A stretch of 62,246 nucleotides of DNA from Fimbriimonadales bacterium (GCA_041744215.1 JBGTLG010000020.1:1-62246); one strand, 5' to 3'. Counted from the stretch's first letter, positions 47,750 to 59,100 are shown. A program made the numbers and translations. Notes: a model not told the origin generated them from the letters alone.

Positions 47750-49294
47750 TTGCAAACGATCGACACAGACTTTCTTGTCATTGGTAGCGGAATCGCTGGC
47801 CTAACCTTTGCACTGAAGGCCGCCAGGTTTGGGAAAGTCATGGTCGTGACGAAGTCGGAACTTAGCGACACAAACACGAGTTGGGCGCAAGGGGGAGTCG
47901 CTGCGGCGGTTGGAGTCGGCGACTCATGGGAGTTGCACGAAGAGGACACACTGATCTCAGGTTCGGGCCTCTGCGATGTCGACGCCGTCAGGTTCTTGGT
48001 CCAAAACGCAAGACCCTGCTTAGGATGGCTTATCGAGATGGGCGCGCGCTTCGATTACGAAGCCGACAATACACTTCCGCAATTGCAACTTGGACGCGAG
48101 GGAGGTCACAGTCGCAATAGGATCGTGCATCACGCCGACCAGTCAGGGTGGGAGATCGAGCGCGCGCTAACCGATGCAGTTCGCAAAGAAGAAAACGTCC
48201 GCATTATCGAGTATGCGTTCTGTGAAGCGCTCTGTCGCGATGACAGTGGCTGCACTGGCGCGATTCTTTGGCCGAAAGACGCAGAACCTCTCGAAGTTAG
48301 AAGTCGCGCAACGATGCTCGCAACAGGAAGCTGCTGTCAAATCTATCGATTCTCGACAAACCCCCCAATCGCCACTGGAGATGGAATCGGCTTAGCTTCC
48401 GCAATCGGTGCGCGAATCGAGAACATGGAATTCATCCAGTTTCATCCCACCACGCTCTTCCATCGAGACGCGAGAAACTTCCTGATCACCGAAGCGGTTA
48501 GAGGCGAAGGCGCAATCCTCCGTACCATCCATGGGCGAAGGTTTATGTTCGATTACGATTCGCGAGGCGAGCTTGCATCGCGCGATATCGTCGCCCGTGC
48601 GATCCATGCAGAGATACTGAAGGAAGGTGTTCCGTTTGTTCACCTGGATATGACCCACCTGCCCCCCAGTAAGATCCAATCACACTTTCCAAAGATTCTT
48701 GAGAAGCTGCTTTCATACGGCATCGACCCAACGAGAGACCCGATTCCAGTTGTTCCGGCGGCGCACTATCAATGTGGCGGAATCCAGACAGATCTAAACG
48801 GCCGAAGTTCCGTCAGTCGGCTCTATGCAGCCGGTGAGGTTGCATCGACGGGCGTGCACGGCGCAAATCGACTGGCGAGTAACAGCCTCCTCGAAGCGCT
48901 GGTTTTTGGCGCAGCGGCAGCGGAAACGGCACAAACCGAAACAAACCCCCTCAGACACGGCGAACCAATGAGACTGCCGGTTGCGCTCATTCCTAAGCAA
49001 GATGTTGAGGGAATGGTACGGCGGCTAAAGCGCATCATGATGGACAAGGTGGGCATTGTTCGCAACAACCTCGGACTCAAGCACGCTGCGGAAAGCCTTC
49101 AGGCTCTCGCAGCCGAAGTCACTCCGGAAACAACATTTCACGTGAGCAGCGCAGAAGCGGCGAATATGCTCGAGTGCGCTCGAATCGTAGTGCGCGCCGC
49201 AAGCGAGCGCAAGATCAACGTTGGCTTACACTATAACTCGGACCTTGGGCCGCCGTGGGAAGAGCCTTCGACCCGTTCGGACGCCCAATCCTAA
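47750..49294 (+). CDS. nadB: L-aspartate oxidase
   Basis: GSGIAGL, WAQGG, REGGHSRNRIVH, MEFIQFHPT, LITEAVRGEG, PAAHYQCGG, HGANRLASNSLLE. Confidence 0.94.
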   Translation: MQTIDTDFLVIGSGIAGLTFALKAARFGKVMVVTKSELSDTNTSWAQGGVAAAVGVGDSWELHEEDTLISGSGLCDVDAVRFLVQNARPCLGWLIEMGARFDYEADNTLPQLQLGREGGHSRNRIVHHADQSGWEIERALTDAVRKEENVRIIEYAFCEALCRDDSGCTGAILWPKDAEPLEVRSRATMLATGSCCQIYRFSTNPPIATGDGIGLASAIGARIENMEFIQFHPTTLFHRDARNFLITEAVRGEGAILRTIHGRRFMFDYDSRGELASRDIVARAIHAEILKEGVPFVHLDMTHLPPSKIQSHFPKILEKLLSYGIDPTRDPIPVVPAAHYQCGGIQTDLNGRSSVSRLYAAGEVASTGVHGANRLASNSLLEALVFGAAAAETAQTETNPLRHGEPMRLPVALIPKQDVEGMVRRLKRIMMDKVGIVRNNLGLKHAAESLQALAAEVTPETTFHVSSAEAANMLECARIVVRAASERKINVGLHYNSDLGPPWEEPSTRSDAQS

Positions 49295-50834
49295 TCCGCC
49301 ACAGGCCTGCATCCGTGGCCCTTCCTACAATCGTCCAAACCGATCCCGTGCGACTTGCAAGAACGTCTTGAGCGTTGCTCGCTGACGCAATGCGTAGATG
49401 TTCACCACAGTAAACCAGAGCGTTGATCGCAGCACCGGCCTGAGCGTAACCTTCCAACACAAACGACCCGGCTTCACCCTTCGCCGAGACGCCGCGCGTC
49501 GATAACAACCGAACGGGAGACGTCATAGCCCGAAACCACGCCGCCTCTGTCGTCGTCGCCTTCGGAAACAGTTGCGATCGCAGCTGTTGCAATGGAAGCG
49601 ACCGAGAAGAAAGAGATGCCGCGATCATCCCTGCTGCGAGCCGATCCTCCGCCCGGTCGCTCATCGTGAGTATGCAGGCCATTACCGCGTCCTCATCAGG
49701 ATTAGCCGAGTGCGATCTCCAAGAGTGCCAATCGACGTTTGCCGTTGGGAAGTCTTGCGCGGCATCTTGCGCATTGAGCCCCCAGGTTAGGAACAGCAGT
49801 ACTGCTTTGGCTTCAGTCGACAGGGAATCGCGCGATGCAAGATCGTCCCTCGTTTTCAACAGGTTGCGGGTAAACGTCGGCTCAGTCACACCGTTGAGCC
49901 AAGCAAGCGCCCCATCGAACACGGTGTTTGGCTGACCGGGAGAAACAACGGTTGGAGGTTGTATCGACGAAGAGCCGCCGGCCAGCACCGCCGCACCAGG
50001 CAAGAGCCGCCGCACACGAAATGTAACGGTAGCTTCGGTGCCGTCGAGATGCAATGCACCGTCGCCTCTGCGAATCGTCTGACCGCTCACCACGATTGCG
50101 CCACCATGATCCTGGCTTAACGGAGCCGGAAGCATTGCGCCCTCTCTGTCAAACTTCCACGTCACTGATACGGAATCGCCCGAATTCGAAACGACCTCTT
50201 CGACAAGTCGCGGCAACGGCCGCGCGAGTTCACTAAGGAGCGGTCTGACTCTTCTCAACAGCTCGCCTAAGTCAGCTGCGCGGCTCGTCGGCATTGTCTC
50301 TTCTCCCAGCGGCGCACGAATGAACACGCGCCCCGCAATCGGTGCCTCAGTCGCGATATGGAATTCGCCATCAGCCTCGGCTGCAATCAGGGCAGCCTGA
50401 TTGTCCGGGAAAGTTAACAAGAGCGGCGCACGTTCTTCGCTCCAGGACAGCAGGTACCAATCCGAAGGCGGCGCAGGTACACCCGGCCCCACACTGCCGT
50501 CTGCCCAAGTAATGAAAGGCGCAGAGCCCTTTCCTCGAAGAGCAAGGCCCTGCAAGCATTCGAATTCAACGCCTTCTCCCGTGAGTGAGTAGCGAACGCG
50601 AATGGGAATCCCTGGCCCGGATCGGATCCGGACTACGACACTCGCACGCTCTCTAAGTTCCACGCCAGACCTTGCGCTATCAGGCGCAAAGCTCACGGGG
50701 GGGGAGTTGTCGCCTAACACGCGAAACCACTTCGCCCCTCCTTCAAAGCCAGGCAGCATGTACGGACCGTCGCCGGTGAATCGGCCGAAGCCATCGATCG
50801 CACCAGCCAGCACTATGCTAGCGAAGAGGAGCAT
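49215..50834 (-). CDS. Secreted hypothetical protein
   Basis: 539-aa ORF with short hydrophobic N-terminus; overlaps the upstream gene end. Confidence 0.65.
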   Translation of the reverse strand: MLLFASIVLAGAIDGFGRFTGDGPYMLPGFEGGAKWFRVLGDNSPPVSFAPDSARSGVELRERASVVVRIRSGPGIPIRVRYSLTGEGVEFECLQGLALRGKGSAPFITWADGSVGPGVPAPPSDWYLLSWSEERAPLLLTFPDNQAALIAAEADGEFHIATEAPIAGRVFIRAPLGEETMPTSRAADLGELLRRVRPLLSELARPLPRLVEEVVSNSGDSVSVTWKFDREGAMLPAPLSQDHGGAIVVSGQTIRRGDGALHLDGTEATVTFRVRRLLPGAAVLAGGSSSIQPPTVVSPGQPNTVFDGALAWLNGVTEPTFTRNLLKTRDDLASRDSLSTEAKAVLLFLTWGLNAQDAAQDFPTANVDWHSWRSHSANPDEDAVMACILTMSDRAEDRLAAGMIAASLSSRSLPLQQLRSQLFPKATTTEAAWFRAMTSPVRLLSTRGVSAKGEAGSFVLEGYAQAGAAINALVYCGEHLRIASASNAQDVLASRTGSVWTIVGRATDAGLWRIRIGRPNGSKALPTAAQGPSYSVSQR

Positions 50835-52740
50835 TGAGGAGAGTTACGCCAAACTTGCCGGAGTAGGCATTGTAGGTTAGACCCAGTTCGCGCGTGCCGA
50901 TTGTGTACCCGATCAGTAAGGTTTGATCGACCACGCTGTCACCAAGGTACCGGTCGAATGAGATAGATGTGCCAAGCCGCCAGCGACCGTCTATGACGTA
51001 CGATCCATCGACAAACAGCGTGCTGCTGTCTAAATCCAAACTCTGACCGCCAAACACGTTGAGACTGAACCTCGACGTGTCCCATGAAAGATTGCCGCTC
51101 ATCCTGTGCTTTCCGAACAGAGAGCGGCCAAACGCATCTTGCGTGAAGTCGTAACTGAGTTGCAGCGCGCTGTTGCTCGTGATCGGCGTGGAGACGCTGA
51201 GTGTGCTGAATGCCCCAAATCGACCGCTCGCCTGCCTATTCCAAAGCTGCGTAACTGTCGTAGAGCCAGTTAAGGTTGCACCTGACCATAGCTTCATCGG
51301 CAAGTAAACGAGCCTCCCGCGCCAGCCAACGCCTTCTTGTCGCGACGTTAGTCCAGCAACTTCGGTAAACGATGAATTTGCAGTCAAGCCGAATGAAAAA
51401 GTAACGGGCCAATCGGCGAGGCGCTTCATATCCGTCTCCGCCGACAGATCGAATCTGCGCGACTCATACTCCGTACCCCGCAAAGAGCGACTATTCGAGC
51501 CGACGACACCGACGCTGAAGCCATTGAATCCACTCGAAGCGTTCAGGCTGCCATAGACCGACTTGAATCCTGGAAAATCGAGATACGCGTTCGCAGTCGT
51601 CCTCTCACCAAACCGCTGGGAATGTCGCCAGTTCAGCCCCATGTCGGTTCTGCCAACACCCGCAAGCACAACGCTCCCCTGACCTTCGCCACCAAGCAAA
51701 TAGTTATTCTCCCAATCGATGAACACACCACGACTCGAAGACGAACCGCGCCCGCCTTCGTATCCGCTGCGCAACCTGACCAAACTTGTGTGCTCTGGCG
51801 ATAACTTCAAGTAGTGAGGATAGTTCAGAAGGACGCCGCCATTGTTGTACGATACGATCTGATCACCGAGTATCGTAGACTCAGCGTTGGGCCGCATCGC
51901 ATAAAGCGGCAGGCTCATCACTCGCGTCCCCCCGACATACATCTTCGCCCGATAGAATTGAATCTCGCGATTCGGAAAGATCACCATTCGATCCGACTGA
52001 ACGCTTTGCGGAGAGACTCCCACATCCGCAAACTCAAACTCCTTCGGGGGCATTCCCGTCTCCGATAGCGATGCCTCACTCGCCGTTAGATTGTAAAATC
52101 CAAGCCTCTCTTCGACCGTTGCGATTGCCGTACCTCGCCGCCGGTTGAGCGAATACTTGAGTCGTCGGCACACGAGTGACGTGCCACCAACGGTTAGCGT
52201 AGCATCGGTCGCAACAACCTGCATTCGCAGGATATCCAGTTGCATGTCGCGCGCAGTGATAGAAATGTCCCGATAAGTCAACTTAGCTGGAGTCTCCCGT
52301 CCGCTCGCAGAAACAACCTGAATCCCAGAGTGAAAGACCAGATACTCTTCGCTGGCGATGTCCACGTACTGGTGTGCGGACACAAGCATGGAGCGATCCT
52401 TCACAAACTCAAAGTCATAAGTTGTGATCGTTCCGACCGACGGCGCGCTCACAGTGATGACCGCCACTCCTTCAAAGTTTGGCGCAACAAGCTCAGCGCG
52501 TGCTGTTCCGCTCGCGGTCAGCGCTTCGTTCTCTCGGAAGTAGCCCGCATTCGTTGAAAACCGAACCGGACTGCCATCCGGGGCTGCGCTGCCGGCGCTA
52601 TTGCGAACGATCGCCGTAACGATGACGATGCTTCTTCCATCCGCGACGGCCATTGCAGAGTCGGTTGAGATCGTGATTGAGCCCGATGCGAACGCCGACG
52701 AGCAAAGCGACCAGAAAATCAGAAAAGCAAGAACTCTCAT
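50818..52740 (-). CDS. Putative outer-membrane protein: invasin-type Ig domain, OstA-like region and beta-barrel (LptD-like)
   Basis: Signal peptide; ADG.....VTAIVRN..G...PDG..VRFST; alternating aromatic/Gly beta-strand pattern over the C-terminal half. Confidence 0.55.
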   Translation of the reverse strand: MRVLAFLIFWSLCSSAFASGSITISTDSAMAVADGRSIVIVTAIVRNSAGSAAPDGSPVRFSTNAGYFRENEALTASGTARAELVAPNFEGVAVITVSAPSVGTITTYDFEFVKDRSMLVSAHQYVDIASEEYLVFHSGIQVVSASGRETPAKLTYRDISITARDMQLDILRMQVVATDATLTVGGTSLVCRRLKYSLNRRRGTAIATVEERLGFYNLTASEASLSETGMPPKEFEFADVGVSPQSVQSDRMVIFPNREIQFYRAKMYVGGTRVMSLPLYAMRPNAESTILGDQIVSYNNGGVLLNYPHYLKLSPEHTSLVRLRSGYEGGRGSSSSRGVFIDWENNYLLGGEGQGSVVLAGVGRTDMGLNWRHSQRFGERTTANAYLDFPGFKSVYGSLNASSGFNGFSVGVVGSNSRSLRGTEYESRRFDLSAETDMKRLADWPVTFSFGLTANSSFTEVAGLTSRQEGVGWRGRLVYLPMKLWSGATLTGSTTVTQLWNRQASGRFGAFSTLSVSTPITSNSALQLSYDFTQDAFGRSLFGKHRMSGNLSWDTSRFSLNVFGGQSLDLDSSTLFVDGSYVIDGRWRLGTSISFDRYLGDSVVDQTLLIGYTIGTRELGLTYNAYSGKFGVTLLNAPLR

Positions 52741-53348
52741 CCGTCGCCCTTGGGCGGCTTAGTCAAAAACTGGATCGATTCTGTTGCAGCGGCGGAAGCG
52801 GCCTTCTCGATTGCAGCGGCTACAGATCCCTTCTCGTCATCGCCTTGCGCCTCCGCCGAAAACGAAGCGACTCCAAGAATCTTTCCAGTCACGATGTCGT
52901 ATGCCTCTACAGTCAAGATTACATGAGCGGTGTTAGTTGCCCTCACAAATCGGTAGCTGCTAATCAAGGACGCAACCGCCATCTGCGCCCTCATCAGTCG
53001 ACCGAGGGTCACTGCTCGAAACTCCGCTCCTGTTCTCCCTGTGAATGGGGGGAGCAGCATTGAAGCCGGGATCGTCCCCTCCGATAGCGCTCTGCGCACG
53101 GATGGGTTCGATCTGCTAAACAGCATCACTTGGATTCGTTCGTCTGCTCGCAGCGCGAGTTCGATCGCACGCGTGGCCGCGCTTTCGTGCGCGGCAGAAT
53201 CCGGAAGAATAACGTTCTCAGCAGTCCCCGTGGGAAAGAGTGCAACGTTCTTCTTATCTTGGGCAACGCCGACCGAAATGACAAGGGCCAGGGCCGAGAC
53301 GATGAACGCTCGGCCCAAGCCCTTGATCACTGTATTGATTAGGCGCAT
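52737..53348 (-). CDS. Secreted hypothetical protein, possibly CsgG/TolB_N-like alpha/beta fold
   Basis: Signal peptide; NVALFP...LGRLMRAQ...VEAYDIVTGKIL pattern. Confidence 0.5.
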   Translation of the reverse strand: MRLINTVIKGLGRAFIVSALALVISVGVAQDKKNVALFPTGTAENVILPDSAAHESAATRAIELALRADERIQVMLFSRSNPSVRRALSEGTIPASMLLPPFTGRTGAEFRAVTLGRLMRAQMAVASLISSYRFVRATNTAHVILTVEAYDIVTGKILGVASFSAEAQGDDEKGSVAAAIEKAASAAATESIQFLTKPPKGDG

Positions 53349-53362
53349 TGAGTCCGCCTAAC

Positions 53363-56152
53363 TTATCGCGTCACCACTACCGGGCGCGTTACGCGAACCC
53401 GTTGCCCATCAGCGGTTTCCGCGATGATTTCGACGAGATAGTTGCCCGGCGCGACCGCTGTGCCGTCCGTCATCCGCTTGTTCCAAATGACAGTGTTGAC
53501 GCCGGCGTTCTCCGCGCGGCCACGAGACATCGAGAACACTTCGGTGCCAGACACCGACAGGATGCGCGACGTGACGGTTGCCGCTGCCGACAGTGAGTAC
53601 TGGATCGAGATCGGCGCTTGAGGATCGCGGCTAGAGCCACTTACCATCACATTGCCGATGACCGCGCGAGACGCAGTCCCAGGCTCAATCACGAGTTCGA
53701 ATTGCCGAGGCCCAGCTTCGTTCGCTGTGAACACGTACGCCGACGACGTGCGCAGGTCGCGAGCTTGATTGTTCGATTTGTCAACCAAGCGTGCCCGCAA
53801 GTTGTTCGGCATATGCGAGATGTTCGGCCACGAGAGTGTGTAGGTGCCAGGCTCCGTTACGTTAGCTTGCATCTTGAACGTCTGCCTGTTCGTGCCTTCT
53901 CGAATGTCCTGAGCCCAGTTGATGGGATCCTCGCCATTCGGTTCTCTCACGATAGACATTCGCACCTTTGCACCTGGCGCAGCCGGCGGCTTCGGCGCAG
54001 AGAGAGTATTGGCCTCCGCTTGATTCGGCGCGCTGCCGACGTAGGCGCTGTCGCTCGAACCTTCGCCCCTGAGTGCGAATTGAACGCGCCACTTGTTCTG
54101 CGTTGGCACCGCCCACTCATTGCTTGATCGCGGGCTGCCGGGCAGGCCTGGAAGGAAGACCGGCGGCCAGAACACAGTCAGCGTACTTTCAGTGTTCACG
54201 TAGATCCAGTATCCAACGTGTGCTGGCAGCAACTGGCTGGAGTCTGAACTGAACGTGTACTCTGCGAGCGCGGTGTTGTAAGCGAAGATGACGCTTCGTA
54301 TCCACCCGCGCTGAGTAACATCAATCCATGTCAGCACTTCGTTCGGATTAAAGCTGCTGACAACGTTCAACTGATTCAGCTGAATCGGATAGAGGTACGG
54401 GTTGCCGATTAGGTTCCAACCTCGCCTGACGGTGAACGCGAATCCACCAGGCACGTCTTGACCCGACGATGTCGCGCCAATGTATGGGTTGCCAGGGAAA
54501 TCGCCGTTCATTACGAGCCACTGACCACGCCCCCGCTGGAACGCCGTAGCCGGGACATAAGACTGCGTCAACACATCCCAATTCCAGGCGATGAAGTCTC
54601 CAGGATTACTGAGACCGGTAGCTACTGCCATGTTTGTATTGGCCAGCACCCAAGGGTTAGTCACAAGATTCGGTCCTGTGACAAAGTTCTGTTGAGGAGC
54701 CGCTGCCACCACGAGCTTCCCGCTCAGGGTCTTTGGAGCAAAAGGAAGTTGCGCGTTGGGCCCCGGAGATATCTGAATTGAGTAGGAGTAGATTCCGGGT
54801 CTGTTCCCGTCTGCGATGACGCTCCATTGCCGACTAGTCGTTCCATTCGGTCCGAGGCTTGCAATCGATTTAATCGCCGTCTCGCCAGGAGCAAAAGTCA
54901 AACCATTGGGGAGCGTCAAGGTCAACTGGACATCGGTCATAGTCAAATCCAAGTTGATCCATGCGTATTGGTTGTCGACCCAAGCTACGATGTTGAAGGG
55001 ATTCGGTGAAAGCGCGTTCGCGCCATTGTCCCAAGCGATCATCGTCGGCGCTTCTGTTGCCGCAGCGTAGCCACCGCTCGTTGTCACCGCAAGGTCGTTG
55101 GCTTGGAACGGTACTTCCAAGTAGTAAACAATCGTTCGGCTGCCGCCAGCAGGAATGATAGTCGGGTTATAGAAAATCCCAACGGCCGTCTGGAAGAGGC
55201 CCCTGTCCGGAGTGACTCCGAAATTCCAGAGAGACCCACCCATGCCGCCAGTGAAGTTTGAGATGTCGACTTGGTCCGCCTGCGTCTGATCGGGATGGGA
55301 CGCATCAAACGTCGTTCCGATCCGCAGGGCAGGACTTGTCCGCGATTGACGGTAGTGGAAGTCGACCGATTTTGGGAAGCCAAGTGGGTCCGTCGCACGT
55401 ATGAATCGCTGCTCGGTCAGGAGTGGCCTGCCTGTCGGCAGATAGACATATGCATTTCGATTCCAGCCCGAGACGAGTCCACCGAACGGAGGCGGAGGGC
55501 CGAGAGGCGGCTCCGCGTGATTGATCAGGCCTAGCCAAGTAGCATGGCGCAAGCCGACAGAAACAGCTTCCTCATTCTGGTTCGTGAGGGTCCACTGATA
55601 GCGAACGGCGTTGCCGATCACTCTGAGTTCGAGTTCAGCGCTGACCCCGCCGTCAGCCGCTGCCGCGGCGCGGATTCGCCGCACAGACGCCGTAGGTGCG
55701 AGGAAGAATGAGAAGCCGTTCTCCGCCCACTTCGTGTCGCTGGTGGTGCCGCCAGCGTCCACAACTCTTATAGTCGCGAAACTCCAATTGTTCCCAGCGT
55801 ATGGCGCGCCCATACTCATGCCTGCAAAGTCGTCGGCGCCTGTGAAAGAGCTACCCGTGCCTCCGGTCATGAGCATCAGGTATCCGACCACATTCTGGGC
55901 TTCGTTTCCTGGCGGAACTCCGCAGGGGCTCTCAGGGCCCCAGTTGACATTGCCCGAGAAACCGACGCCGCCGATGATCATTTGATTGCCTACAGCTGAG
56001 AGCGCGTAGTCAAGTGAGATTGGCGTCGTGTTCTTTGGGTCGAAGCACTCAGCCCAATCTCGCTGCGCGAGAGCGGGCGCCGCGATCAATGTGATCAGAG
56101 CGCCGCTCGCCGCAAGGCGGGTCGCGGTTGATGTTCGAGTTACATTTTGCAT
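53363..56152 (-). CDS. Large secreted protein with C-terminal FlgD-Ig domain
   Basis: Signal peptide; GWNLIGNPY; IQYSLS...VTSRI...AGVNTVIWN...GTAVAPGNYLVEI. Confidence 0.8.
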   Translation of the reverse strand: MQNVTRTSTATRLAASGALITLIAAPALAQRDWAECFDPKNTTPISLDYALSAVGNQMIIGGVGFSGNVNWGPESPCGVPPGNEAQNVVGYLMLMTGGTGSSFTGADDFAGMSMGAPYAGNNWSFATIRVVDAGGTTSDTKWAENGFSFFLAPTASVRRIRAAAAADGGVSAELELRVIGNAVRYQWTLTNQNEEAVSVGLRHATWLGLINHAEPPLGPPPPFGGLVSGWNRNAYVYLPTGRPLLTEQRFIRATDPLGFPKSVDFHYRQSRTSPALRIGTTFDASHPDQTQADQVDISNFTGGMGGSLWNFGVTPDRGLFQTAVGIFYNPTIIPAGGSRTIVYYLEVPFQANDLAVTTSGGYAAATEAPTMIAWDNGANALSPNPFNIVAWVDNQYAWINLDLTMTDVQLTLTLPNGLTFAPGETAIKSIASLGPNGTTSRQWSVIADGNRPGIYSYSIQISPGPNAQLPFAPKTLSGKLVVAAAPQQNFVTGPNLVTNPWVLANTNMAVATGLSNPGDFIAWNWDVLTQSYVPATAFQRGRGQWLVMNGDFPGNPYIGATSSGQDVPGGFAFTVRRGWNLIGNPYLYPIQLNQLNVVSSFNPNEVLTWIDVTQRGWIRSVIFAYNTALAEYTFSSDSSQLLPAHVGYWIYVNTESTLTVFWPPVFLPGLPGSPRSSNEWAVPTQNKWRVQFALRGEGSSDSAYVGSAPNQAEANTLSAPKPPAAPGAKVRMSIVREPNGEDPINWAQDIREGTNRQTFKMQANVTEPGTYTLSWPNISHMPNNLRARLVDKSNNQARDLRTSSAYVFTANEAGPRQFELVIEPGTASRAVIGNVMVSGSSRDPQAPISIQYSLSAAATVTSRILSVSGTEVFSMSRGRAENAGVNTVIWNKRMTDGTAVAPGNYLVEIIAETADGQRVRVTRPVVVTR

Positions 56153-56171
56153 TGTCAGTTGTCCTCTTCTG

Positions 56172-59100
56172 TTACCGAGTTACGGTTATTGGTGTGGTTG
56201 TTCTTGCTCGCTCACCGCCGGCCGTTTCCGCGGTAATCTCGACCATGTAGACACCGGGCGCAACGGAGGTTCCCTCCATGTTTCGCCCGTTCCAAATGAC
56301 GCTGTTCGGCCCCGCAGATCTGCTGCGGTTCTCAAGATCGGCGACAGGTCGTCCATCCGTTCCGAGAATGCGGATTGCAACGTCCGCGTCCGAACTCAAA
56401 TTGTATTGGATGCTGAAGGAGCCGCCACTTCGCGAACCGCCTCCGATTCTCACGCCGCTGACCACGAGCCTTCCGACCGTGTCAGGTTGGGAGATAATCG
56501 TGAATTCGCGCAGCGTCAAGGATTCATCAGCCCTGAAGGTGTACGAGCCGTTCGGCTGCATCGTGATGAGTCGTCCAGTCGCCATGTCTCTCAGAGTCAG
56601 ACGTAGCCGCGAAGCTGGAGTTACAACTTCACTCCAGTTTATTGTCACTTCGCTGTTGGGTTCGTGCGGCCGGATAACCATCCGCCACTCCTCACGACCA
56701 GGCTTCGCTTCGCGCAGATCTTGTGCATACCGAGTCGACGTCACGGGGTCCACGAACCACGCAGAAACACCCTCAGGCGTTGTCGGCGGCTTCAAAATGC
56801 GGTCGAATGACTCCGCAACATTCCGGGTCATGCCAAAGAAGTTTTGGCTGTCCGTGTGGACGCCGGAGGTGACGCGCATCTGAGTCGCCCATCCCTCGCC
56901 ACGAACCGGATTCTCCAAGCTGCGCCCCCGGACAACCCCGGGCGTTGGCGGCACGTGCAGCCAGCAGTCTTTTATAGCGAACACCCAATGGGACTCCCAC
57001 GCCACCAGCTGACCTGCCGGTGCGCTTCGCCACGTGTAGGACTTGAGACCGCCTAAGCCAAGCTCGTACCGGAAGATCTGCGGCATCACGATGCCTTGAT
57101 TCGCCGCGACGACGACAGGCAGCAGGTCCAGTCCAGGGATCGTAGCGATCAAGCAGTTGCCCCAATCGACAGCAAACGGGTACGGGTTGCCGATCTGATT
57201 CCAGCCTGGTCGCAGACGTATCCGGTACCAGAGGACTCCGTCCTCAGGGCCTTCCTCAAAATTCATCGCTGCCGGCGCAGGGTTGTTTGCCCAGAGTCCG
57301 ATTCCAAACGGTCCGTTTTGCGGTGTCTCAACAACGGTGCCGCCCGATTGGGTAGCTCGGATAATCTCCGCGTCTAACGGAGTAAAGCCAGCGGGCTGAG
57401 TGTTCGGCAATGCCGGGTTGTACGCGGCGTACTCGCCGGTACCGGTAGGCACCCACCGGAAGATCTGTGCGCCAGGGAAAACCGAGTCGGGCTTGCGGCC
57501 GCCAGGAGGCGAACCGGTACCGCCAATGCTTACGCCGACCGAAACCATGTTTTGGCCTGCTGGAACGATTGTGTAGACGACGCGGACCTTGCGGCTACCC
57601 GTGATCGTCGCAGATCCCGGGGGCTGCTCGGTGCCCTCAACCACGATTTCCCAGTCTCCTTCGTCGAAGCTGCCAGCTTCCGATAGCCTCGCTTTGCCCT
57701 CAACGAACACGATCCGAGGATCGCCAGCGTCGACGGTAACCGTGTAGTTGGAGGGATCAAGAACGTGCGAATAACTCAAATCTTGCTTGCGAATCGTCAC
57801 CGTCGGAGCGGGGCCACTCGCACGCACCAGGAACATGCGAAACTTGAAGTTGACAGTCTGATAGCTGATCTCAGTGTTGTCAACGTCCGGGATGATTGGA
57901 TCAATCCTCGGGTTGATCATCGTCATCGCGGCAGCCACATCAATCTCGCCGTAGCCGGTGTCGAGATTGGGCTTTGTTGCTCCGGGCCCAACCACGCCAG
58001 TATCCTTCAGAGCCTGGATTATGTCGCCGCGAGGCAACCCTGCAGAAGCGAGGAGCGCTATCGCACCCACCACCGTTGGGCAGGCGTACGAAGTTCCACC
58101 GCCACCCGTCGTGCCGGTTCCTGAAGCAGTGTAAGCGAGGCTGACGACGCCAGCGGTGTTATCCGCCGAAGGCGCAGCGAGGTCCACTTTTCGCGTTCCG
58201 TCCGATGAGCCCGGGCTACTGTAGGACGTCGGCACCCCCTTAGTGCCAGAGGCATACCGTGTAGCGCCCACTGAAACAACCATCGGGAAGCTCGCGGGAA
58301 ACCCAGCGGGGGACGGGCGAGAGTTTCCAGACGCCGCAACGGGAATCGTCCCTTGCGCAACCATCTGATTGAAGAAACCTGGAGACGGGCCATCAGGGTT
58401 GAAAGCGCCATAGCTCATGTTGAGCGCGTAGTAAGGGATCGCGCCCGGAAGGTTGTTGTTGTCGATGATCTTTTGGTAAGAGTCGTACAGGTTCGCGAAC
58501 GACAGCACATACACAGCGATCGGAAACAGTCGAACGCCCTCCCAGGTCACGCCAGCCATGTCCAAGCCATTGTTCGTTCCTGCAACGATCACCGAAGCGG
58601 TCATCGTTCCGTGGGTAAAGTCCGTGCCTGTCGGCGGGAAGTTCGGGTCGACGTTGGTAGTCAAGTCGATTGGATTCCAGCCGGGAAGCAATCGGGGATT
58701 CATCGCCGCGTCCAAAAAGTCTTGGTGCCCGGTGAAGTACATGTCGTCGATGTCGACGACGTTGACATCCGTCATCCCGAGACTTATCGCCCATGCGCCA
58801 CTCGGGCCGGGCAACCCGATTTGAAACAGGTTCCACTGCCGATTAGTCTCGGGCCCAAACATCGGGTCGTTCGGTGTCTGAAACTTCTCCGCGAGGTAGT
58901 TTGGCATCGCCATATGGACCAGCGAGTTCTGGCGCAACTGGTCAATCTTTTCCTGGGTTAGCGCCCGCTCTGTAGGGATCGAAGGGTCCGGGAGTCGCAG
59001 GAGGAAGAGCCCTGGCGTCCGAAGTGGTCGTTGCAGCTGTAAACCGTGCGTGGCTGCCAAAAGCCCAGCCTGCTGGGCCGTCGTCGCTTGACTCATCTGG

